From assembly GCF_006345805.1 (NCBI RefSeq), contig NW_021833952.1:1-52429 (forward strand): DNA of 52,429 nt, in the 5' to 3' direction. This document shows positions 25,595-38,271 of the stretch, in pieces. Position numbers and translations under genes: made by a program. Below the pieces are notes generated by a model, which was given only the letters and a program-made list of their open reading frames with translations, searched no databases and had not been told where the DNA came from. This DNA is from Octopus sinensis (lineage: Eukaryota). Position 1 is the stretch's first letter; the number at the start of each line of letters is the position of its first letter.

Positions 25595-25893
25595 TATGCG
25601 CTCTTTTCAAGCCTAGCCAGGCTCATGGGCCCAGTTTCCCAGTTTCTGTGGTGTATGTGTTCACCCCATCTGGTCGGGACGCCAGTCCATTGCAGTGTTA
25701 CTCAAGAAACAGGAAAAAGGAGTGAGAGAAAGTTGGGGCAAAAGAGTACAATAGGGGTCACCACCACCCCCTACAAGATCCTCGTGGAGCTTTAGGTGTT
25801 TTTGCTCAATAAGCATACACAACACCCGGTCTGAGAATCGAAACCGCGATCCAGTGAGTCCGCTGCCCTAACCACTGGGCCGTTGTGCCTCCA
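25595..25893 (-). mobile_element. SINE family F-like
   Basis: Reverse-complement head GTGGAGGCACAACGGCCCAGTGGTTAGG; GGGACGCCAGTCCATTGCAG; GAGTGAGAGAAAGTTG. Confidence 0.8.
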
Positions 25894-26317
25894 CACACAT
25901 ATATATAGATCTATGAAATACATTGACAAGACTACTTGTGGTGATAATTGAGGAAGAGCTCAACAGCGTTGGCAACAGAGGACTGTATTTATTAAATGAT
26001 TCACATAAGGAAACTTGTATTGAAGACTTGAATTTTCTGTGCCAACAATTTGATGAGTGTTGCATGTCTTCAGCTGTAGCAAACCAAGTGATTAGAAAAT
26101 ACAAAAGTACAAAATCATGCACACTGGGCTTGCTACAGCAGAAGTCAAGGAATTAAAATTTTGAAAATGAATCAAGAGGCTAAAATTTGACACTGAAATT
26201 AAGAATTGGAAATTAAAGATAAGAAGTTGTGAGGCACTGAAAAATTCCAAAGTTAAAAAATGATAAAAATTTCTAACATTGTAATGGAAGTTGAGGTTGT
26301 TTCATCCTTTTAGGAGG

Positions 26318-26602
26318 AACAGTTGTTTGTTCCTTCTCGAGCCATGCTGGGCTCATAAGGGCCGGTTTCCCGGTTTCCTTGGCATATAGCTCCCCCACCT
26401 GGATGGGACGCTGGTCCATTGCAGGTGAGCTGCAAGATGCAGGAGGAAAGAGTGAGAGAAAATTGTGGCAAAAGAGTCAGCAGAAGTTTGCCATTCTCTT
26501 CTGCCGGAGCTGCGTGGTGCTTAGGTGTTTTGCTCATAAACACACCCATCGAACCTGTGATTCGAACCCGTGATCCCTTGTCCGGGAGTCTGCTGCTCTA
26601 AC
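26318..26602 (-). mobile_element. SINE family F
   Basis: Aligns with 11703-11993. Confidence 0.85.
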
Positions 26603-27287
26603 CACTAGGCCATGTGCTTCCATGTAATGGAAATTGAAAAAAAATAATGATAATGAAAATTAAAAAATAAAATTAAAAACAAAATTTTAATTTAAGATTG
26701 AAATATAATTGAAATAAGAAATAAATAATAAACATTTTTAAATATAATTAACTTGAAATTTTAAAAAAATGAAACTGCAGATTGAAAATAGAAATTAGAA
26801 ATAGAAATTAAAGATTGAAAAATTGAAACAAAATTTTTATTTAAAATTATGTAAATTTTATTTTACTATTCCTTTTTTTAATTTCTAATTTTGAATGCAA
26901 TTTATATTTTCTTTCATTTTTTGATTTCATGATTTTCATTTTCCAATTTTGAAATTGAATTTTAACTTTTAATGTTAATATACAATCATTTGATTCATTT
27001 TCAATTTTTTAATTCATTAACTTCTAAATTTTTGGAAAGTTGTATAATTAATATATTAATTTTATTTTCCAAATGTTATATTACTACTTTAACCGTAATG
27101 TCCTACTATATCAAAAAAGTCGTGCAATCTGCTTTTTTATATATATTTATTTACTACAGTGTTTTTACATATATTTTTGTTTTATTTTATTAATATCTAT
27201 TCATAATTTTAACCAACACAAAATAGGACTTTGCCAAGATTTTGTAATAAGCTGGAAAGGACTGTTTCCTTCAAATAATCTAATCAT

Positions 27288-27672
27288 CATCATTATCGTT
27301 TAACGTCCGCTTTCCATGCTAGCATGGGTTGGGCGATTTGACTGAGGACTGGCAAACCAGATGGCTGCACCAGGCTCCAGTCTGATGTGGTAGAGTTTCT
27401 ACAGCTGGATGCCCTTCCTAATGCCAACCACTCCAAGAGTGTAGTGGGTGCTTTTACATGTCACTGGCACAAGGGCCAGTCAGGCAGCACTGGCAACGGC
27501 CATGCTCAAATGGTGTTTTTATGTGCCACCTGCACAGGAGCCTGTCCAGCGACACTGGCAACGACCTCGCTTCCATGATTTTTCACGTGCCACCAGCACG
27601 GAAGCCAGTCAGCTACTCTGGCAACGATCATGCTTGGATGGTGCTCTTAGCACTCTACTGGCATGGGTGCCA
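27288..27672 (-). mobile_element. RTE LINE 3'UTR copy
   Basis: Tail motif plus degenerate GTGCCAC subrepeats. Confidence 0.85.
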
Positions 27673-27896
27673 GTCATCAAATTTGAGTTTATGGAAAATA
27701 TGTTCTGCTTATCAGTGGTGCCTCTGTTTTCGTTTTTGGTGTGATTGTAATCGCTGGTGCCACATGAACCAGGTTTGCAATAGCTGAAGATATGCAACAA
27801 TCAATGAATTGCTGACAAGGAAATTTAAAGCCCTGAATGTTAGTCTCTATACCAGTATCATTTAATATATATGAGGCATATATATATGCTGAAAAG

Positions 27897-28126
27897 AGGC
27901 GGTGAGCTGGCAGAAGCGTTAGCTCGCCGGGTGAAATGCGTAGCCATATTTCGTCTGCCATTACATTCTAAGTTCAAATTTCGCCGAGGTCGATCTGCCT
28001 TTCATCCTTTCGGGGTCGATAAATTAAGTACCAGTTATGCACTGGGGTCGATATAATCGACTTAATCCGCCTGTCTGTCCTTGTTTGTCCCCTCTGTGTT
28101 TAGCCCTTTGTGGGTAGTAAAGAAAT
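27897..28126 (+). mobile_element. SINE family C with 17-bp TSD
   Basis: TSD ATATATATGCTGAAAAG at 27880-27896 and 28127-28143. Confidence 0.92.
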
Positions 28127-28149
28127 ATATATATGCTGAAAAGTTCTGA

Positions 28150-28335
28150 GCTTTGGGGTTATCGCAAAAGGCCTGGTTGGTGGCCCAACCTTCCAGGTTC
28201 TTCTACAAAGTTTAGAAAAACTGAAGGACTGTCGTACTAAGTGTGTTAATCTGAGAGGGGAATATGTTAGATAAAATCATAATTAACTGATATCCTGTAC
28301 AATCTTTTACCTAAAGTCAGGAACATTTCAACAAC
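28150..28335 (+). mobile_element. Mariner 3' end fragment
   Basis: LEKLKDCRTKCVNLRGEYVR*. Confidence 0.7.
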
Positions 28336-28699
28336 AACTTGTATGTATATATATATTATACACACACAAATGCACACACACGTTTATATATGCATGTATA
28401 TATATATATATATATATGCTGTCAAAGAATGTTCCTCCAGCATTCGACACCTTACCTCGTCTGGTTTAGCGGCCTTGACTGTTTATTTTCACGGTCCTGT
28501 TTTTGTTACCAACTTTGACCCTCTGCAAATCCCAAATTATATTTTGGTTTGCAGTAGCAACTGTTTTCTCAAAAGCACATGAATTGCTCGAAATGAGGAG
28601 TAGATAAACTGATGAAGGGTCGTTGTTTATGTTACTTGTCTTGCTTTCCATGTGTTCCCCTCGCTGTTCACACACAAACATATTTTACGGGGTGTCTAT

Positions 28700-28925
28700 T
28701 TACTTCTGTCACGTCTGTGCGTATATTTTTTTTGTCTCTCCTTTATTTTATCTCCCTCCTTGTTTCTTTCCTTGTTTTTTCTGTGTCTCCTTCAGTAGCA
28801 GAGAGCGTTGGCTCGAAACGTAAAAGACTTTTTCTATTCCTAAACGTTATCCTAATACATCTGTTTGTTTTGTACACCACTTGTCTTCGTCTTTTGTTTT
28901 TTTCGTAAACTCTCCCTATATATAT
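28700..28925 (+). mobile_element. Hammerhead-bearing module, family P2 (5' core decayed)
   Basis: GAGC(GTTG)GCTC-GAAAC-GTA-AAAG at 28803-28826; downstream part is the inverted homologue of 31315-31420 and 46305-46400. Confidence 0.6.
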
Positions 28926-28957
28926 ATATGCACACACACACACACACACACACACGT

Positions 28958-29864
28958 GTAGTGTGGTATCAGAGTCCCTTGGACTAGTTATGTTTAATAA
29001 AAAATAACTTGTTTTCCTAAATTTTAACATCATCTTCTTCAAAACAGTCACCTTGCACAGCAATACACCAGTCCCAACATTCCTGCCACTTATGGAATCC
29101 TGCCTGGAAGTAATTTTCTATAAGCAAGTCGAGGATTTTCGCCGGTTTGCTCTAGATCTCAACAACAGTGTCAAAATGGTGACCTTTGAACTGCATTTTC
29201 ATCTTGGGGAAGAGATCGAAGTTTGCCGGTGTTAAATCTGGTGAATAGGGTAAGGGCAGGAGTGATACCATGTTGCTTTTGGCAAGAAACTCGTCAGTGA
29301 GGAGAGCTTGGTGAAGAATTCCATTCTTCGAGCACCACAGATGTGGTTGCTTTTGCTGAACTTTCTCCCTCAAATACTCCAAAGCATCACAGTAGAAATC
29401 TTGAATGACCATCTGGCCTTGGAGGGGGCGGGACAAATTCTCGATGCACAGTACTAGATTTCCAACGGTGACGCCTGAGGTAGGTCTTCCATATTACTCA
29501 TTTTCTTCATGGGCCATTTTCCCCATTTGAAGCAACCCTGCCACTCGAAACATTGCATACAACCCATTGCCAAGCTGCTGTAATCTTGCTGAGGAATGCT
29601 CAATGTCTCCGTAGCAGACTTTCCAAGTTTAATGTAAAATTTCATGTTGGCTCTTTGTTCCTGTCCATGACAAAATCGCAGACTACGGCGTATAGGTGAT
29701 CACAAAAATACAAATTTCACACTCTGCAGAGTAAGCACTGTAAAGTCATTTGGCACACTACCTCATGAAGGTTACTGATAGCTCTTACTGCACCTGTATT
29801 CATGTGCTGCCGTCTGTTGGGGCACAACAGAACTAGCCCAGGAACTTTTTGATTCCATCTCATG
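28958..29864 (-). mobile_element. Decayed mariner, same family as 2973-4292
   Basis: MKFYIKLGKSATETLSI; LLPLPYSPDLTPANFDLFPKMKMQFKG; both ends retain TIR remnants. Confidence 0.9.
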
Positions 29865-29866
29865 TA

Positions 29867-30951
29867 TTAGGTTGTCAAGAAAGTACTTTCAGTTTTTAAC
29901 CTTTAAATTCAGATGCTCATATCTCAGCTCAAACAAAACTTTATTAATCGAAATAAACACCATCAGAATCAACACACTTTGCCAATGTGAAACAAGTTCA
30001 TTTATGCCAGTAGCATAAAAATGCTGCGTTCTGGTGGCCAAGAAGTTGTTGAAGGTGTGTTTAGCATTGTCTTGGTTTTTGAAGCATTTCTCATGCAGGA
30101 AGTTGTCGAGATGCTAGAAAAAGTGGTAGTCGGTAGGCAAGGGGTCTGGTGAGTATGGTGGATGAGGCAGAGTTTCGTAGTCCAATTTGTTCAACTTCTG
30201 CAGAGTCAGTTGTGCGACATGTGGCCGAGCGTTGTTATGGAGAAGGATTGTCTTTTTCTACTGACCAATGCTGGCTGTTGTTGTTGGAGTTTCTTATGCA
30301 TTTCATCCATTTGCTGACAGTACTTCTCTATCATAATGGTTTCACTTGGATCCAAAAAGCCGAGATGGATGAGACCGACCGTAGACTACCAAACACGACC
30401 TTCTTTTGGTGTAACTTTGGCTTTGGGAAGTGCAGTGGAGCTTCGTCGGCATCCAGCCACTGAGCTGAGCCTCAAGTATTTTTATTTTTCCAATCTCTTT
30501 CAAGTGGTTGGAAATTGTCGTATATGTTACGTCTAATTCAGAAGCAAGTCTCAAACATTGGTGTGTGAACTGGCTTTGACTAAGGCTCTTAGTTGATCGT
30601 TGTCAACATTCAATAAGAAATTTCTTGAACCACCATTGTGCTGAACCTTCATTAGTGGTTCCTGGGCCAAATGCATCATTGATATCGTGAACTGTTGCAG
30701 CAGCTCATCAGCCTAGCTTGAACTCCAAAAAGAAAATTGTGTGAATTTGCTTTTTGTATATGTTGTATTAAACATTCTGGAAAAAACTGCCTAATTATTC
30801 AAAAAGAAAAAGAGTAATACGATCAGATAGAGCGAGATATGTGTTTTAAAATGATATATAGAATCAAGGAAATTTAACGAAAAGTAATTTGAAAATTACA
30901 TAATTTAAAACCAAAATTAAAAATTCTGCAAGAACTTTCTTGACAACGTAA
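29867..30951 (-). mobile_element. Decayed cecropia/Hsmar1-like mariner with both TIRs
   Basis: TA|TTAGGTTGTCAAGAAAGT...ACTTTCTTGACAACGTAA|TA; SAQWLDADEAPLHFPKPKLHQKK; NNARPHVAQLTLQKLNKLDYETLPHPPYSPD; internal deletion, stops and frameshifts. Confidence 0.92.
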
Positions 30952-31530
<579 letters not shown>

Positions 31531-31576
31531 ACATGGCGATATAATATATATATATATGTGTGTATATATATATGTA

Positions 31577-31651
<75 letters not shown>

Positions 31652-31662
31652 GCATATATATA

Positions 31663-32175
31663 TAGCTGTTGAGGCAAATGAAATTGAAATCAAATTTGAT
31701 GACAGCACTGCATGACTGGCAGCCGTGCTAGTGGAGAATTAAGAGCATCATCTGAGCGTGATCATTGACAGAGCCACTGACAGGCCCCCGTGCCGGTGGC
31801 ACATAATAAACACCATTCAACCGTGATTGTTACCAGCATCGCCTTACTAGCACTTGTGCCGGTGGTACAGGAAAAACAACATTCAAGTGAGGGCATTGCC
31901 AGTGCTGCTGGACTGGCTCCTGTGCAGGTGACATGTAAAAACCACCATTTGAGTATGGCCATTGCCAATACTGCCTGACTGGCCCTTGTTCCGGTGGCAT
32001 GTAAAAGCACTGATTACACTCTCAGAGTGGTTGGCATCCAGCTGTAGAAACTCTGCCAGATCAGATTGGAGCCTAGTTCAGCCATCTGGCTCATCAGTCC
32101 ACAGTCAAACCATCCAACCCATGCCAGCATGGAAAGAAGACGTTAATGATGATGATGATGATGATGATAACGATG
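31663..32175 (+). mobile_element. RTE LINE 3'UTR copy with subrepeat array
   Basis: Starts CTGTTGAGGCAAATGAAATTG; several GTGCCGGTGG units; (GAT)n tail. Confidence 0.88.
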
Positions 32176-32293
32176 ATATACATATATATATATGCACATA
32201 TTTATATACATCTATACATATATATATAGATATATATGTATATATATATTATATATATATGTATACATATATGTATATATATATATATCTATA

Positions 32294-32340
<47 letters not shown>

Positions 32341-32449
32341 AAGAGCAATAAAGATTCAAGTAATTTAAAAAAATTTACTTGAATATGGTACCTAACTTAG
32401 ATGCACCAAAAAAAACTATACTGATTTAACAATACAGTAATGTGGGGTG

Positions 32450-32666
32450 TATAAGCGAGAAAGAAGCAACAAGAATGGATAGGTTTTTAGTACGATCGTT
32501 TCATACAAGGACAGGTTTTATTAAAAGTTGCAAAGATTACAGTATTTTAGCTGATGAGTACGGGACTCGTTTATATGCTGTAATCTTTGCAACTTTTAAT
32601 AAAACCTGTCCTTGTATGAAACGATCGTACTAAAAACCTATCCATTGTTGCTTCTTTCTCGCGTAT
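32450..32666. repeat. Near-perfect fold-back (~92-bp arms) containing a hammerhead
   Basis: 32450-32545 is the reverse complement of 32575-32666 apart from a 3-nt indel and a few mismatches. Confidence 0.93.
32545..32635 (+). ncRNA. Type I hammerhead ribozyme with extended helix II
   Basis: UUUUAG-CUGAUGA-GUACGGGAC...GUCCUUGUAU-GAAAC-GAUC-GUA-CUAAAA; predicted cleavage after 32629. Confidence 0.75.
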
Positions 32667-32703
32667 ATATATATATTATAAAATATATATATGTTATATA
32701 TAC

Positions 32704-32870
32704 ATGCTGGTGTGTTTATGTCCCTGTAACTTAGTGGTTTGGCAAAAGAGACCAACAGAATAAGTACTAGGCTTACAAAGAATAAGTCCTGGCGTCGATT
32801 TGCTCGACTAAAGGCAGTGCTCCAGCATGGCCACAGTCAAATGACTGAAACAAGTAATAGAGTAAAAGAA
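32704..32870 (+). mobile_element. SINE family A, 3' half
   Basis: Aligns with 4803-4970. Confidence 0.88.
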
Positions 32871-32889
32871 TATACATATACATACATAC

Positions 32890-32933
<44 letters not shown>

Positions 32934-33272
32934 ATACATACATATACATCTATATATGCACACACATGCACACAAACATATCCTCATCCTTTGTATGTAA
33001 TGCTATGTGTATACGTCACATGCACACCTACCCATCGGTGTGTGTGTTGTGTGTGTGTGCAGCTGTGTATCCCTGAACCGTTGCACTCAGTGTGTGCAAC
33101 TGTGTCTGTGTGTTCACTGTCATTGTCAAAGCATTGCAGTCAAATGTGCAGGGAGATATCACTGTGTCTGTGTGTCTGTAATACCTGCGCAAGTAGCTGC
33201 ACTCACTCTTCTTGTTCTCTTTATTTGCTGGACCAGCTGTTAACCTGACAGCTGTTTTACTGCAGATGGAGT

Positions 33273-33317
<45 letters not shown>

Positions 33318-33512
33318 CATGTATGTATGTATCTGTCTATCTATCTATATATCTATATATCTATATCTATATATACATTATATATGTATATATGTATGCA
33401 TGTATGTATGCATGTATGTGTGTATCTGTTTATCTATCTATATCTATATCTTTATATATATATATATATTTCATATATATATATATATATACAATAAATA
33501 TATATATATATA

Positions 33513-33635
33513 TCACCCTGATCACCGTGACCGACCAGACTATCAAATGTTGCTACACATCGCTGTTCACAATGCGCTTTCCATTGTTTTTAGCCTTCAA
33601 ATGACGCCACCCCGCTGGCTAAGTGAGCAGGCCAA
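33513..33635 (-). mobile_element. SINE family E tail fragment
   Basis: Aligns with 48868-48987. Confidence 0.75.
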
Positions 33636-33690
33636 TATATATATATACATATACATATATATATATATTATATATGTATGTATGTATCTG

Positions 33691-33734
<44 letters not shown>

Positions 33735-33779
33735 TACACACACACTTTTTCTTTTTTGATTTTTTTCTTTTAGATGTTT

Positions 33780-34190
33780 AAGTAATCTGACTGTGGCCAT
33801 GCTGGAGTGCCACTTTAAACAGTTTTCTTAGTCAAAGAAGTCGACCCCAGGACTTATTCTTTGTATGCCTTGTACTTATTCTATTGGTCACTGTTACTGA
33901 AGTGCTAAGTTATGGGGACATAAACTCACCAACATTGAGTGATGTTAAATGATGGTGAGGAGACAAACACACACACAAAAACGCACACACATAAGTACAC
34001 ACACACACATGCACACACACACACACACACACAGAGAGATATATGATGGTTTTCTTTGAGTTTCTGTCTACCAAATTCACTTGTAAGGCTATAGTAGAAG
34101 AGACTTGGCCATGGTGCCATGCAGTGGGACTGAATCCAGAGCCATGTGATTGGAAATCAAGCTTCTTACCACGCAGCCATGCCTGCGCCC
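33780..34190 (-). mobile_element. SINE family A, full length with internal (CA)n
   Basis: 3' half at 33780-33970, (CA)n tract, head at 34045-34190. Confidence 0.85.
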
Positions 34191-34262
34191 TGTATATGTA
34201 TATATTTGTCTATCTGTCTTCTTATCAATTTCTCTCTTATACACACAGATGCACTATATATA

Positions 34263-34321
<59 letters not shown>

Positions 34322-34328
<7 letters not shown>

Positions 34329-34417
34329 ATAGATAGATAGATAGATAGAAGAATATGATAGATAGATGATAGATGATAGATGGATAGATGGATAGATAGA
34401 TAGATAGATAGATAGAT

Positions 34418-34461
<44 letters not shown>

Positions 34462-34500
34462 GTAGATAGATATAGATATAGATAGATAGATAGATAGATA
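34322..34500. repeat. (GATA)n microsatellite
   Basis: Direct inspection. Confidence 0.95.
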
Positions 34501-35326
34501 ATTTATATAATGATATAAATTACATCCCATGACAGCCAATTCAAGCTACTGAATGGTTTCTTGTAAAATAATCTACAAAGTGAGCAAGGGCAAAAATAAC
34601 TGTCATCAGATATGACTGAATGGAAGAGTATGGCTAGGGCTTTTGTACTGGATGTCTGATGATTTCATATTGAGTTTAAAAGCCAAGGAGATGCTGTAAA
34701 AAATATATATATGTAACCTGAAAGAAACCAAGAGATGAAAAATTGCAATCATGGTAGAAGACTGGCTCTTAATCCCATCAAAAGCATATTCCTCAGAGTT
34801 CTTCCTTTCAGTCACTGTCCTGCATATCAGAATTCATTTGGCAACTGTTCACCCAATTCTGTTTGCTTGTATTCTAGAGAGGGAGAGAGGGAGGGAGAGA
34901 GCGAGTGTGTATAAAAGAATAATGGTGAGGTGGAAAAGAGGAGAAAGAAAGGGAGAGATGGGGAAGTGAGTTGAGGGACGATTTCTTTTGTACAACATAC
35001 ACCATTATGTATACATAAGGGTGTGTGGGGAGGAGAAATAACATTTTCATGGCAAGAATACTTCAAGTAGAACAAAATTGAACCCTTACTAAGGAGTAAA
35101 AACTGACCAATCAACTAAAATGTATTTCTGTTCATGAGGTCAAAGGGAAAATTCTTCATGTTCAGAGTTAAAAAATAGTCCCTGGGTATTCAGAAGAATT
35201 TGCCCTGTGTAGGGCAAATTCTTATAGATAACCCTTTTCTTCACTAAATAAATCCTGCATAAATTTTCAAGTTATCCCCAGTTGATGTTATATAGTGTAG
35301 CATTGTTTTCACAAAGTGATAAGAGC

Positions 35327-35870
35327 CTAAGGTGGTGAGCTGGTAGAAATGTTAGCATGCCGGGTGAAATGTTTAGCAGTATTTCATCTGCCGAAGTCGA
35401 CTTTGCCTTTCATCCTTTCGTGATCGATAAATTAAGTACCAGTTACGCACTGGGGTCAATATAATCGACTTAATCCCTTTGTCTGTCCTTGTTTGTCCCC
35501 TCTATGTTTAGCCCCTTGTGTTAGTAAGAAATAGGTATTTCGACTGCCACTACTTCTGAATTCAAATTCCACCAAGGTTAACTTTACTTTCATCCTTCGG
35601 GGTCGTTAAATAGTACCAGTGCGCACTGGGTCGATATAATCGACTTAATCCCTTTGTCTGTCCTTGTTTGTCCTCCGTTTAGCCCCTTGTGGGTAGTAAA
35701 GGAATAGGTATTTCGTCTGTCTTTACGTTCCGAGTTCAAATTCCGCCAAGGTTGACTTTGCCTTTTATCCTTTTGATGGTTGATAAATTAAGTGCCAGTT
35801 GTGTACTGGGGTCAATCTAATCGACTGGCCCCCTTACCAAAAATTTTGGGCCTTGTGCCTAAAGTAGAAA
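35327..35870 (+). mobile_element. SINE family C trimer with diverged units
   Basis: One head; bodies rejoin at AATAGGTATTTCG (~35531, ~35704); third unit has a different 3' end. Confidence 0.88.
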
Positions 35871-36011
35871 AGAAAAGTGATGAGAGCCTTGCCAACATTT
35901 TGATGTTATGATATTCCTTGATTCTGAAAGATGATTTTTCATGTCGATTCTCTGTCTTGAAGGGACCAACTGTCAAACCCATATATGACTATAATTGCGT
36001 CATCCAACTAG

Positions 36012-36107
36012 GTTCTTTTGATATTATCTCTGCTTCATATATATCAGTCCTTGGATTATATTGACATGTCACATTACTTCTGCATTGGCAGTGTGTTACC
36101 ATATTTG
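36012..36107 (+). CDS. Candidate internal exon (phase 0-0, 96 nt)
   Basis: TAG|GTT...TTG|GTGAGC strong donor; open frame VLLILSLLHIYQSLDYIDMSHYFCIGSVLPYL; an alternative acceptor at 36047 gives a 60-nt in-frame exon. Confidence 0.25.
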
Positions 36108-36617
36108 GTGAGCAAAAAAAAACAAAAAAAAATCAAGACTTCCTTGAGTTGTGCTTATTGAAAATGTTCTTGTGCTTAAATATGTGAAAAATGCTTAAAA
36201 GAAAACTGGAATGTATGTGGAACTTTCTCTTAGTAAAGTCAGGGTCAGGCACATAAATAATGCTGACACTGAAACTACTAATGATATCAAAGATTTCCTT
36301 ATTAGATCAAATTAGATCCTTTTGCTAACACCCTTCACCAATACTTTTGAAAACTATGACTGGATGGTAGGGAGGCTGTCTCTCATCAGGCTTCTGGAAG
36401 CATTAGGAGGAATTTATATTTAGGTTCAATAAGTTTCTATCTCACTACATTACAGTACATTCAGTATGCTTCTACATATCCTCAAAGAAAGAAAAGAAAA
36501 GAAAAGAAAACAATTTTTCACATAGGAAGAGATAAAGAAATATATTGAAATGACCATAACTTTATCAGACATTACTTTTAATAGAAAAAAAGTGTGTGTA
36601 CACATACAGGCATACAC

Positions 36618-36677
<60 letters not shown>

Positions 36678-36684
<7 letters not shown>

Positions 36685-36828
36685 GTAAGAAGCTTGCTTT
36701 CCAACCACATGGTTCTGGGTTCCGTCCCATTGTGTGGCACCTTGACCAAGTGTCTTCTACCATAGTCTAGAGCCTGCCAAACCTCATCCTTGGATTCAGT
36801 AGATAGAAGCTGAAGGAAGCTCGTCATG
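36678..36828 (+). mobile_element. SINE family A, 5' half
   Basis: GTGTGGTAAGAAGCTTGCTTTCCAACCACATGGTTCTGGG. Confidence 0.85.
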
Positions 36829-36838
36829 TGTGTGTGTA

Positions 36839-36872
<34 letters not shown>

Positions 36873-36914
36873 ATATATATATATATATACACATACACAC
36901 ACGTATGTGTGGTT

Positions 36915-37030
36915 GTGAACATCATTCTCAGCATTATTATGTTTCCTTTTTGCATGCTGGCTTGGGTTGGATAAGAGGCATTAAGGCAAACATCCCATTG
37001 CCAGGTATCTTCCCTTTTTCCAGTTCTTAC
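36915..37030 (-). mobile_element. RTE tail fragment, diverged
   Basis: TTTGCATGCTGGCTTGGGTTGGA. Confidence 0.5.
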
Positions 37031-37899
37031 CTGATTTTGCAAATTTTATTTCATGTCCACTCACAGACAAAACCACACCCATATATACATATGTATGTAT
37101 GTATGTTCTTCTCTTTTTAATTTAGAGTAAACTTCGACTGTCCACCTACTTGGTATTAAGGTTGTGAAGGAAAGCTTCTTGTTTTAACCATCATCCTTTG
37201 AATCTTAAGAAGGTTTTGTAGATTATTTATAGTTCTAGATATCAGGATCATTTGTAGTGTATGAATTAAGGATTTGAATGTATGTAATTATGTATGTATG
37301 TGTGTATGTATGTGTGCATGTGTTTGTGTGTGTGAAATATGGAGAGAAAGTGAGAAAGAAGATGGAAGGAAGAAGGTAAGTGAGAGGGAGAGTGAAGAAG
37401 AAATAAAAGAAAAAATGCATTCACATTTGTTTCAATGCATGTTCCATGTGTTTTTTTTTTTTATTGAAGCTATTTTCTCATATTATTGTATTATCAATCT
37501 AAAATTTGAATTTACTTTTTCTTTGAGCTCTTTGCTAATATCTTGTACAAAGAAATCTTTACAATATATCAACAACATATATATAATGGGGAAAACATTC
37601 ATTTATCATTGATAGCATCTCAACAGCATTATTTCTTTGGCTATTGCAGGCCAGATGAGTAACTCATGAGAGTTGGTAAATAACCAGCCATGGAAACAGA
37701 TCCTTCTTTAAGAGTGACAGCTTTGATTTATCTTCAAAATTCTAGTGGCAATAGTGCCAGGGAGCATAAATAAGAAAAGTAACTTAAGTTGGATAACAAA
37801 GAAAAAAAAAAGATTGTGAAATTATCTGAGCAAATATTTCGGTAGCTCTTCTCATATATGTTGCACATTCATTCTTGGTGAGTGAATGACTGTACTTAA

Positions 37900-38121
37900 C
37901 CCTTTCGTTACCAACCCGGCTGAAACCGGCTCTGGCTCTATAGTACAAATGTCCTGTTTTCATAAGTTTTGAATTAAAATCTTCCACCAAACCTTATTCA
38001 CACTTTATGTTCTTAACACTACCTGAATGATAACTAAGTTACTTTACTCAGTTCTTTGTTTTATTTAAAATTAATTGAAAGAAACACAGAGCATCTCAAC
38101 AGAAATATGGTAACGAAAGGG
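37900..38121. mobile_element. piggyBac-type MITE
   Basis: TTAA|CCCTTTCGTTACCA...TGGTAACGAAAGGG|TTAA; perfect 14-bp TIR. Confidence 0.92.
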
Positions 38122-38271
38122 TTAAATTGTTAATGAGATTAATGTCTCAAAGTGATTTTGTGTGCCAAGTCTTGTTTTATCCAGTGAATCAGCTGGTTCA
38201 AATTCTGCTGATACATGAAGATGCTTGAAGGCACGAAGTTGAAATTTCTTTGACCAGAGCATCTTGAGAAG

